Of a stretch of DNA of 13,993 nucleotides, positions 1 to 6,539 are shown in pieces. The stretch spans positions 4,200-18,192 of the forward strand of contig DAOOON010000014.1 of NCBI GenBank assembly GCA_035387745.1. Direction: 5' to 3'. The DNA is from an archaeon. Lineage in GTDB: Archaea; Iainarchaeota; Iainarchaeia; Iainarchaeales; CSSED10-239. Within the stretch, counting starts at the first letter, position 1. Each line of letters starts with the position of its first letter. The position numbers and the translations under genes are program-made. The notes below the pieces were generated by a model. The model was not told the origin of the DNA and did not search any database. It worked only from the letters and a program-made list of their open reading frames with translations.

Positions 1-1
1 T

Positions 2-301
2 CTTGGCGATGATTTTCTTCTTATAGTTGGGAAAAAAAAAGAAAATCTTGAGCTAATGGTTTACAAAAGAAAGCAGAAGGAGTTTTTTCCTGATAAGTCT
101 TTTCTTTTAACAGATGTCTTTTACAAGGGCCCAAAAGACAAGATACAAAGCACAAACGCCAAAGGCAAGTTTTTTTACTTTCTAGAAAAAACAGACAAGG
201 ACTCAGAAATAAAGGCAAGCCAGAAAGAAAGCGAGGTTGTCTTTAAAATCAAAAAAGAAATTTTATTTTCTTTTAAAATCCTAAAAGAGGAAAAGGCATG
301 A
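2..301 (+). CDS. 3' part of a CDS that runs off the left edge; possibly an archaeal Brix/IMP4-type protein (weak, based on position)
   Basis: The frame of the listed 56..301 ORF stays open back to nt 2 (LGDDFLLIVGKKKENLEL precedes the first ATG), so that ATG is probably internal. The stop overlaps the next start as ATGA (298-301). The functional guess rests only on its position directly upstream of pcc1-pfdB, where many archaea carry a Brix-domain gene. No diagnostic motif was seen. Confidence 0.45.
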   Translation, partial: LGDDFLLIVGKKKENLELMVYKRKQKEFFPDKSFLLTDVFYKGPKDKIQSTNAKGKFFYFLEKTDKDSEIKASQKESEVVFKIKKEILFSFKILKEEKA

Positions 302-549
302 TTGATTACATTATTAAAGAGGAATTAATAATCAATACAAGAAATCCAAAAAAGCTTAAAGAGCTTTTAGATATTGAGATGTCTAGAAAAGACTTTAAAA
401 GATCAGAGTCAAAGATTACAATAGACAACAAAACAAAAACTCTAAAAATAATAATTCTTGCAAAAGATATAACAGCCTACAAAGCAACAATAAACAATTA
501 CATTAATCTATTAGAATTGATTAAAAAAACTTATGAGGTGGATTTATGA
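298..549 (+). CDS. pcc1: KEOPS complex subunit Pcc1-like protein (83 aa)
   Basis: Size and the C-terminal segment LKIIILAKDITAYKATINNYINLLELIKKTYEV resemble archaeal Pcc1 as I recall it (for example Pyrococcus ...KIILDIKATDSSALRGTVNSYLRWIKAAIDVIEV). It has ATGA overlaps with both neighbours and lies immediately upstream of prefoldin beta, as is typical in archaea. Confidence 0.8.
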   Translation: MIDYIIKEELIINTRNPKKLKELLDIEMSRKDFKRSESKITIDNKTKTLKIIILAKDITAYKATINNYINLLELIKKTYEVDL

Positions 550-881
550 GTGAAAATGTAAATATGTACAGACAGCAATTGATGTTTTTGACACAACAAA
601 AGCAGCAATTACAATTCCAAATGAATGTTTTAGAAAACACATTAAAGGAATTAGAAAAGACAAAAGAGAAGAAGGTCTATAAAGGCGTAGGGAATGTTTT
701 TATCTTATCTGATAAAGAAGATGTTTTAAAAGACACAAAGGACCTTAAAGAAACAATGGACTTAAGAATAAAAAACATTCAAAAGCAAGAAGACGTAATT
801 CTAAAAAAGATAAACGAGAAGACCAAAGCAGAAAGCAAAAACAAATCAGAAGATAAAGAACAAATGAACGGAGTACAGTAA
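546..881 (+). CDS. pfdB: prefoldin beta subunit (111 aa)
   Basis: Coiled coil, beta-hairpin, coiled coil layout. The central KVYKGVGNVFILSDKEDVLKDTKDLKETMDLRIKNIQKQEDVILKKINE matches the archaeal prefoldin beta core (EVYKSSGNILIRV...KEL...L...E.L..R.K.IE.QE..). Its start overlaps the pcc1 stop (ATGA at 546-549). Confidence 0.9.
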   Translation: MSENVNMYRQQLMFLTQQKQQLQFQMNVLENTLKELEKTKEKKVYKGVGNVFILSDKEDVLKDTKDLKETMDLRIKNIQKQEDVILKKINEKTKAESKNKSEDKEQMNGVQ

Positions 882-885
882 GTAC

Positions 886-903
886 TTCTTTTTTTCTATT
901 TTT
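886..903 (+). terminator. oligo-T tract after pfdB (archaeal-type terminator candidate)
   Basis: ttcttttttttctattttt begins 5 nt after the pfdB stop. Archaeal RNA polymerase is known to terminate at oligo-T runs. Confidence 0.4.
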
Positions 904-970
904 ATATTACAATATATAAATTTTTCGTTTTATTGTATCTATATTAAATTAATAATAGGAGGAAATTAAA

Positions 971-1546
971 ATGGCAAAAAAAGAAAACAAATCACTAATT
1001 ATTTGGGCAGTTATCTGTCTAATAGTAGGTTTAGTAATGGGCCTATTTTTAACAACAGTGGTTACAACCGGTAAAGCAATGCAGGCTTTAAGTGAAAAAT
1101 CAACAGCAAATTTAGAAGAAGCAAGAACAAATTTAGTATTAAACTTATTAAAAGTAAATACAATTGAAAAAAATGGCAATGGCCAATTAAATATTTTAAG
1201 TCAAGGACAAAATGGACAAATATTAATGGAAGGAAATACAGGGGTAACTCTTGGAACCAATGGTACATCATTTATTATGGGGGGGACTCCTCAAGAGAAC
1301 GGAATTTCGATGGCATCTCAGAATGTTAATATTAACACAAATGCGTTTAGAGTTTCAGCACACGGCGAAACAGAAAATGCGTTAGCTATTTATCCTTTAG
1401 GAGATTCAGAAGGTTCCAAAAGAATAACTATTAGTGTCCCACTAAAATATAATGTTGCAATGGATGTAAATTATGGTGCCGACAATTATTACGCTTGTTT
1501 AACAGACGAAGGCACCCTATTTAAAAGTTATTCGCCATGTAACTAA
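971..1546 (+). CDS. small membrane-anchored or secreted protein, possibly a type IV pilin-like surface protein (191 aa); paralog of the partial gene at 13807
   Basis: A strong ribosome-binding site (GGAGG at 958-962) sits 8 nt upstream of the ATG. The N-terminus is short and basic (MAKKENKS), followed by a hydrophobic stretch of about 22 residues (LIIWAVICLIVGLVMGLFLTTVV). The remainder is G/N/T-rich and ends in a Cys pair (C-x13-C, ...YYACLTDEGTLFKSYSPCN). Confidence 0.75.
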   Translation: MAKKENKSLIIWAVICLIVGLVMGLFLTTVVTTGKAMQALSEKSTANLEEARTNLVLNLLKVNTIEKNGNGQLNILSQGQNGQILMEGNTGVTLGTNGTSFIMGGTPQENGISMASQNVNINTNAFRVSAHGETENALAIYPLGDSEGSKRITISVPLKYNVAMDVNYGADNYYACLTDEGTLFKSYSPCN

Positions 1547-1560
1547 AACAGAAAGCAAAA

Positions 1561-1597
1561 AAACAAAATCATTTATTTAAGATAGATGATTTTGTTT
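1561..1597. terminator. perfect 12-bp inverted repeat between convergent genes (candidate bidirectional terminator hairpin)
   Basis: aaacaaaatcat (1561-1572) and atgattttgttt (1586-1597) are exact reverse complements with a 13-nt loop. The loop contains the stop codon of the minus-strand gene, and the right arm lies in that gene's last codons. Confidence 0.45.
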
Positions 1598-1989
1598 CCA
1601 TCTTTTATTTTTCTTCTTTTTGAGTATTTGATTAAATAGTGTATCTTGCTCTTTGGAATGCCTAGCTTTTTTTCAAGATCGCGGTAGCTGTAGTCCTTGT
1701 ATTCGCGAAGTATTTTTTGCAGTTTTTCTACCTTAATATCAATAGGTCTGCCTTGTTCTTTTCTCAAGATTATAGTTATGTTCTTTTTCTTAATAAATTC
1801 CTTTAAAGCCTTACTAATTCTCTCGTTTGTTGAGTTAGAAATAGTAATAGTCTTTAGTCTCTTACATTTTGCTAATATCTTAGTAAGGTTCTTCTTAGAA
1901 AATGCCCTAGTAACATGCAATTCTTCACAATTAGAATTAAGTTGCGATATTTTTAAAAAATCCGATAACGTGTCTTTAATTGTATACAT
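1573..1989 (-). CDS. hypothetical protein with a C-terminal helix-turn-helix (138 aa); possibly related to an archaeal DUF1699-type family (uncertain recollection)
   Basis: A clean ORF. The C-terminal YSYRDLEKKLGIPKSKIHYLIK looks like a resolvase/Hin-type HTH. The N-terminal half (LHVTRAFSKKNLTKILAKCKRLKTITISNS...) has no motif I can name. Confidence 0.6.
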   Translation of the reverse strand: MYTIKDTLSDFLKISQLNSNCEELHVTRAFSKKNLTKILAKCKRLKTITISNSTNERISKALKEFIKKKNITIILRKEQGRPIDIKVEKLQKILREYKDYSYRDLEKKLGIPKSKIHYLIKYSKRRKIKDGNKIIYLK

Positions 1990-2055
1990 TTTTTAACCTC
2001 TGTCCAAGATTTAATATAATATATATTTATAGAATAGATTTATAAATAAATCTTT

Positions 2056-2064
2056 AGTATAATA
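2056..2064. repeat. left copy of the 9-bp target-site duplication (AGTATAATA)
   Basis: AGTATAATA directly abuts the left terminal inverted repeat. An identical 9-mer directly abuts the right inverted repeat at 3064-3072. Confidence 0.85.
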
Positions 2065-2110
2065 GGGTTTGTAGAAACCCTCTATTACTCCTAATTTTTA
2101 GGTAACATAA

Positions 2111-2142
2111 AAAATATATATGTCTTTCGACATATATATTTT
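2111..2142 (+). promoter_or_regulatory. perfect 14-bp stem / 4-nt loop inverted repeat just upstream of the transposase start
   Basis: aaaatatatatgtc (2111-2124), tttc, gacatatatatttt (2129-2142); the ATG is at 2151. The element is also TATA-rich, so it could hold the transposase promoter and/or form an RNA hairpin. Confidence 0.4.
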
Positions 2143-2150
2143 GAGAATTT

Positions 2151-3044
2151 ATGTTAAATATATTACAACCGATAAGTTTTAATACCTTTTTCAAGCAAGT
2201 TGAACGAGTTTTTGGCGAAGTTAGACTGCCTTTTCATTTTTCAAAGTACTCTAACAAGCTTTACAATAACTTTGTTCACGTGTATTTACTGATTTTAAAA
2301 GAAAGACACAGATGCTCATATCGTCGTTTAACAGAATTGTTAAACGACATTAATGTTTTACGAATGCTTGGAATCCAGAAACTACCGCACTTTACAACTT
2401 TGCAAAAATTTGTAAGCAGAATAAGTAAAGACGTTTTCCAAAAACTAGTAATGGCTTGTCACAAACTTATCAACAGCAAAGATCTAATTGTTGCTGTTGA
2501 TTCAACTGGTTTTGTGAATGTTAATCCCACATATTATTACCTAAACAGATGTGGGATTAGACCACCTTATAAAAATTTTACACAAACAAGTATTGTTGTA
2601 GATACTAATACAAAACTTGTACTTAATATATGCACGAACTCGCATCGCAAGAACGATACACAATCGTTTATTCCCCTGCTCGATAAATTAAAGCACAACA
2701 TAGTTCGTGCTTTAGCAGACAAAGGATATGATTCTAGAGAGTTACGCGAATACTGCTGGAATAATAATATTACAGTTCATATTCCATTTCGTAAGTTGCC
2801 TTGTTATCAGACACCGTCTGATAACCGAATAAAAGCAATGAAGCGATTTAGAACCAAATCGTATAATAAAAGATCAGTTGTAGAATCAGTAATATCTGCA
2901 ATCAAGAGAACAACAGGTGGTTTTGTAACCGCAACAAAACAGGATAACCAGCAAAAGCAGGTTATCCTAAAAGTATTAACATATAATCTAGAAAAATTAA
3001 GTAGAAATCAAAAAATTATTTCATTTACAATTTTGATCTGCTAA
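2151..3044 (+). CDS. DDE transposase, IS4/IS5 family (297 aa)
   Basis: Candidate catalytic triad: D in VAVDSTGF, D in LADKGYDS, E in SVVESVISAIKR. The exact Y-(2)-R-(3)-E-(6)-K signature is present (YNKRSVVESVISAIK). There is an N-terminal HTH-like region (SYRRLTELLNDINVLRMLGIQKLPHFTTLQKF). The stop lies 4 nt before the right inverted repeat. Confidence 0.9.
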   Translation: MLNILQPISFNTFFKQVERVFGEVRLPFHFSKYSNKLYNNFVHVYLLILKERHRCSYRRLTELLNDINVLRMLGIQKLPHFTTLQKFVSRISKDVFQKLVMACHKLINSKDLIVAVDSTGFVNVNPTYYYLNRCGIRPPYKNFTQTSIVVDTNTKLVLNICTNSHRKNDTQSFIPLLDKLKHNIVRALADKGYDSRELREYCWNNNITVHIPFRKLPCYQTPSDNRIKAMKRFRTKSYNKRSVVESVISAIKRTTGGFVTATKQDNQQKQVILKVLTYNLEKLSRNQKIISFTILIC

Positions 3045-3063
3045 AAAGGATTTCTACAGTGCC

Positions 3064-3072
3064 AGTATAATA
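3064..3072. repeat. right copy of the 9-bp target-site duplication (AGTATAATA)
   Basis: Identical to 2056-2064 and immediately outside the right inverted repeat. Confidence 0.85.
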
Positions 3073-3102
3073 AAATATAAGTCTAAAAAAGGAAAAACTC
3101 AA

Positions 3103-4842
3103 ATGATACAATCTTTTCTATTAAGTTTTGGAATAATTATTCTTTTTTCAACTTTAATGCTTTATATCTTTACAAAACTCAAGCAGCCACCTCTTCTTGC
3201 ATTTATTCTTACAGGTATCTTAATTGGACCAATGGTCTTAGGCCTAGTTACCAATACAGAAGAAATTGCTTTACTAGTTGAAATAGGAATTGCATTTTTG
3301 CTATTTAGTGTTGGACTAGGTACAGATTTAGATGAACTAAAAAAAATCAATCTCGGTTTAATCATTCTTCCAATTGCAAATATAATAATTACATTATTAG
3401 TTTTTCTTATTTTTAAAAACCTTTTAGCAATTGATTTTATTCAAGCTTTGTATTTCTCATTTATTGTTTCTTTTAGTTCTACAATGCTTATAGCAAAGAT
3501 ATTATTAGATAACTTCAAGATGGACTCTCTAGATGGTAGACTAACAATAGGGGTATTATTAGTCGAAGACTTAATCGCAATTCTAGCAATACCTTTATTA
3601 AAAAATATAAGCAACCTAACAGTTGGTTTAGTCGGCATTATTTTTGTTAAAGCAGCTTTACTAGTAGTAATAGCAATAATCTTAAACAAAACAATATACC
3701 CTTATATTATAAAAAACGCGTATAAATCAGATCAAAGTTTTTTCATGCTATCAATAGCCAGTTGTTTTCTATTTATTTTAATTTCTGTAATTCTGGATTT
3801 TCCAATGGCAATCGGCGCATTCTTTGGAGGTCTTGCAATTTCTATATACCCTTATAATTATGAGATTTCCAGCAAAATTTCCGGCATTAGAAACCTATTA
3901 ACAACAATTGTTTTTGTGTCTCTTGGCATGAAATTATCTTTTAATTTCTCTGATAATCTTTTGTTATTAATAATATTATTGATTTTAGTTTTGGTAATTA
4001 AACCAATCATCCATTTTTTATTTGTTTTATTTTCGGGGTATGGTTCAAAGATAGCTCTTGGAGTTTCTACTTATAAGGCGCAGATTTCGGAATTTTCTTT
4101 AATTCTTGCAATTCAGGGGTTTTCGTTATTACAACTTACAAAAGGGCAATACAGTGCAGTAATTATTGCAACATCTTTGTCTATGCTTTTAACGCCATAC
4201 ATTATCAATTCTCAACAAAAGTTATATTTAAAATTTATAAAGTCCTTTTCTAATCTAGACAAAAACAAAAAATTCACTAAAGAGATTGATTCTTTAAATA
4301 GCGTTTCTAAAGATATAGAAAATCATTTAGTAATTGTTGGTGCAGACGTTACAAGCGACGCCATAATAAAATTATTAGGTAAAGAAACAAACAACCCAAT
4401 AGTTTTAGTTGATCTTAATCCTGACAAAATTTCTGGTATCAACCACAATAGAATTAGTGGCATTTGTGGAGATATTAATTATCCTGATGTATTTAATGCA
4501 GCAAACATAAAAAGCGCAAAGCTTGCAATAATTACAGTTTCTGAGTTTGATACAACAGCAAGATTTATAAAAAATGTAAAGAAAGTTAATGCGGACTTAC
4601 CAATCTTTGCAAGAGCACACACCCGTAAAGAGGCCTATAAGCTCTATGAGCTTGGTGCAGAGTTAGTGATTATCCCAAAAGTATTAGAGTCTAACTATCT
4701 TCTAGAAAAGACCTATGATTTTATGTTAAATCAAAATACCAAAAGCACAGCACTTAGATCAAAATATCTAGAATATCTAAAAAAAGAAGCTGCAAAAAAC
4801 AAAGAAACAACCAGAAAGAAAGAATCAAAGTTTGGTTTTTGA
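3103..4842 (+). CDS. cation:proton antiporter (CPA2 / Kef-type Na+/H+-exchanger fold) with a C-terminal RCK/TrkA-N domain (579 aa)
   Basis: About 370 residues of multi-pass hydrophobic sequence, with motifs typical of Kef/NapA-type exchangers (GILIGP, LLFSVGL, GVLLVEDL, FFGGLAI). A soluble Rossmann-like domain follows (HLVIVGADVTSDAI...VLVDLNPD...GDINYPDVFNAANIKSAKLAIITV). Confidence 0.85.
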   Translation: MIQSFLLSFGIIILFSTLMLYIFTKLKQPPLLAFILTGILIGPMVLGLVTNTEEIALLVEIGIAFLLFSVGLGTDLDELKKINLGLIILPIANIIITLLVFLIFKNLLAIDFIQALYFSFIVSFSSTMLIAKILLDNFKMDSLDGRLTIGVLLVEDLIAILAIPLLKNISNLTVGLVGIIFVKAALLVVIAIILNKTIYPYIIKNAYKSDQSFFMLSIASCFLFILISVILDFPMAIGAFFGGLAISIYPYNYEISSKISGIRNLLTTIVFVSLGMKLSFNFSDNLLLLIILLILVLVIKPIIHFLFVLFSGYGSKIALGVSTYKAQISEFSLILAIQGFSLLQLTKGQYSAVIIATSLSMLLTPYIINSQQKLYLKFIKSFSNLDKNKKFTKEIDSLNSVSKDIENHLVIVGADVTSDAIIKLLGKETNNPIVLVDLNPDKISGINHNRISGICGDINYPDVFNAANIKSAKLAIITVSEFDTTARFIKNVKKVNADLPIFARAHTRKEAYKLYELGAELVIIPKVLESNYLLEKTYDFMLNQNTKSTALRSKYLEYLKKEAAKNKETTRKKESKFGF

Positions 4843-5898
4843 TTCTGTAATTAACTCATTTATTTTTTCATCAAGTCTTTTTAAAAAATATTTTTTGTCT
4901 TGATATTTGTGTTTTTCTAATTTTGTTTTATAGTAAGGAATGTTTTTTATAAATCTCCTTAGGTTTATTGCGTCTATTTTCTTTGTAGAAAGACCATATT
5001 CTAGTTTTTCTAAATAATATGCATTTGTTAACTGCTCAAATTGATGTTTTATTGGTATGGAGTATATTGGTTTTTTGAAATAGATCGCTTCAGTGATTAA
5101 AGTGTGCCCACCATTAGTTATAATTGCCTTACTTTCTGCAATTTCTTTAAATAAATTTGGTTTTGCTTTTCTAAATTCTAAATTTTCATCAATCTTATTT
5201 ACATTATACCCAAATATAACAAATTTTTGATTTTTAATTTTTTTTAAAGTTGGAACCATCTTTGCTTTGTCCATAAATCTATTATATACAAGTATATAGT
5301 CTCCGTCTTTTGCTTTGTATTTCTTTATATCGTCAAGAAATATTGGATCAAATACTTCTGTGTTCTTTTTAGTTATTTGTGTTCTATAAAAGCACAATCC
5401 AAAATAAAAATTTGCAAAAGGATAAACAAACTTAGAAACGCTTTTTGCCTGTAAGAAATCGGCCGCATCTTTCTGTTTGAATTCAACGTCTCCTCTAAAG
5501 ATAGTTGCGTGATTATCAATTTCAATGGTTGGTAGTTCTAGAAACTTACCCCCCCACAAAGAATACCTCTCCAGATCAGAAATAACAATATCTGGTTTTA
5601 TTTTTTTAATAAGTAGCGTGGCTTTCTTTAGATTATTAAAATTGTGTTTATTAAAGCATTTAAAAAAACTTTTAAATGCCTTGACACTATCGTTTGTGTA
5701 TTCGAAATATACTTGTGGAACAATGTGTATCTTTAACTGTTTATATTTGTGTTGTAAAAAATCTGCAACTTTTTTGTCTGTGATAATTTCTATATTGTGT
5801 TTTTTGTGTAATAAATGATCTATAATAGGGATACTTCTAGTAACGTGTCCAAAGCCGTCTGCATTTATTGCATATACAATCTTATAACTTTTAGTCAT
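4825..5898 (-). CDS. GT-B fold glycosyltransferase, MurG/GT28-GT1-like (357 aa)
   Basis: The N-terminal loop is NADGFGHVTRSIPI. The C-terminal ITNGGHTLITEAIYFKKPIYSIPIKHQFEQLTNAYYLEKLEYG parallels the MurG donor-binding region (G..T..E......P....P......Q..NA..L...G). The 3' end overlaps the convergent antiporter gene by 18 nt. Confidence 0.8.
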   Translation of the reverse strand: MTKSYKIVYAINADGFGHVTRSIPIIDHLLHKKHNIEIITDKKVADFLQHKYKQLKIHIVPQVYFEYTNDSVKAFKSFFKCFNKHNFNNLKKATLLIKKIKPDIVISDLERYSLWGGKFLELPTIEIDNHATIFRGDVEFKQKDAADFLQAKSVSKFVYPFANFYFGLCFYRTQITKKNTEVFDPIFLDDIKKYKAKDGDYILVYNRFMDKAKMVPTLKKIKNQKFVIFGYNVNKIDENLEFRKAKPNLFKEIAESKAIITNGGHTLITEAIYFKKPIYSIPIKHQFEQLTNAYYLEKLEYGLSTKKIDAINLRRFIKNIPYYKTKLEKHKYQDKKYFLKRLDEKINELITESKTKL

Positions 5899-5951
5899 AT
5901 TAATATTAAGAAATAAAGCAGTTTTTAAATCTTTTTAAATATCTTTTTTTT

Positions 5952-6539
5952 ATGATAGTATTAATTTGTGGTTTTTCGGCTTCAGGTAAAAGTTATCTTG
6001 TTAATTCTGTGGCTAAAAAACTTAAATATAAGCACATACACACCTCCGATATCCTTAATCAGTTCGCTAGCGGTATTCCAGAAAATAAAATACAAATTGA
6101 AAACACAAAAATGAATAACGGCTGGTATGAGTTTTCCGGTCTTGATAAAAAAAGAGATAAGAGTAAGTTTTTAGATAAAAAGCTTGATAAGTTTTTAATA
6201 AAACTAGTTAATACCAAAGATAATTTAGTACTTGACTCTTGGACCTTACCATATCTGGTCAAGAAAAATCCAAAGATAATTAAGATTTGGCTTGATGCAA
6301 CAGAAATAGAAAGAGCAAAGAGGCTTTCTTTAAGAGACAAAATTTCTTTTAAAGAAGCACACACAGTACTAAAAGAAAAAGATAGTTTCTCAAAAACACA
6401 TTTTCAAAAACTCTATGGTTTTACTTTAGGAAAAGACAAGAAAGTTTTTGATTTAGTTATTAATACAAATAAGCTATCAATTAAGCAAGTAGAAGAAAAA
6501 ACAATGTCTTTTCTTAAAAAGAAAATAAAAATTAAATAA
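5952..6539 (+). CDS. P-loop nucleoside-monophosphate kinase-like protein, resembling archaeal-type cytidylate kinase (195 aa)
   Basis: The Walker A motif is GFSASGKS at residues 7-14. The C-terminal KIWLDATEIERAKRLSLRDKISFKEAHTVLKEKD...FDLVINTNKLS resembles the archaeal Cmk pattern (IWL.A..E.RA.R...R......A......R......DLVIDT). The specific substrate is not established. Confidence 0.6.
   Translation: MIVLICGFSASGKSYLVNSVAKKLKYKHIHTSDILNQFASGIPENKIQIENTKMNNGWYEFSGLDKKRDKSKFLDKKLDKFLIKLVNTKDNLVLDSWTLPYLVKKNPKIIKIWLDATEIERAKRLSLRDKISFKEAHTVLKEKDSFSKTHFQKLYGFTLGKDKKVFDLVINTNKLSIKQVEEKTMSFLKKKIKIK

Larger units (their letters stand above)
2065..3063 (+). mobile_element. intact insertion sequence, IS4/IS5 superfamily (DDE_Tnp_1 type), 999 bp
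   Basis: The terminal inverted repeats are GGGTTTGTAGAAACCCTCT... (2065->) and the reverse complement of the right end, GGCACTGTAGAAATCCTTT... (3063<-), matching at about 15 of the first 21 positions. There is a single transposase ORF and a perfect 9-bp flanking direct repeat. Confidence 0.85.

Noticed and set aside
21-218. Minus-strand 65-aa ORF at the left edge
   Set aside because: It is antisense to the edge-spanning plus-strand CDS that is ATGA-coupled to pcc1. The sequence is hydrophobic and low-complexity, as is typical of AT-rich shadow frames.
949-1271. Minus-strand ORFs 949-1179 and 1062-1271
   Set aside because: They are antisense to the well-supported surface-protein gene, which has a strong ribosome-binding site and a conserved paralog. 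Neither has translation signals of its own.
1697-1996. Plus-strand 99-aa ORF opposite the HTH gene
   Set aside because: It lies completely inside the minus-strand gene. It is a Phe/Leu/Ser-rich shadow translation with no ribosome-binding site.
3162-3689. Two minus-strand ORFs (3162-3365, 3441-3689) inside the antiporter gene
   Set aside because: They are antisense to a 579-aa transporter with clear family motifs, so they are shadow ORFs.
5525-5818. Plus-strand 97-aa ORF inside the glycosyltransferase gene
   Set aside because: It is antisense to a gene with MurG-like motifs and has no independent support.
6059-6364. Minus-strand 101-aa ORF inside the kinase gene
   Set aside because: An antisense shadow ORF. 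The plus-strand frame carries the Walker A motif.
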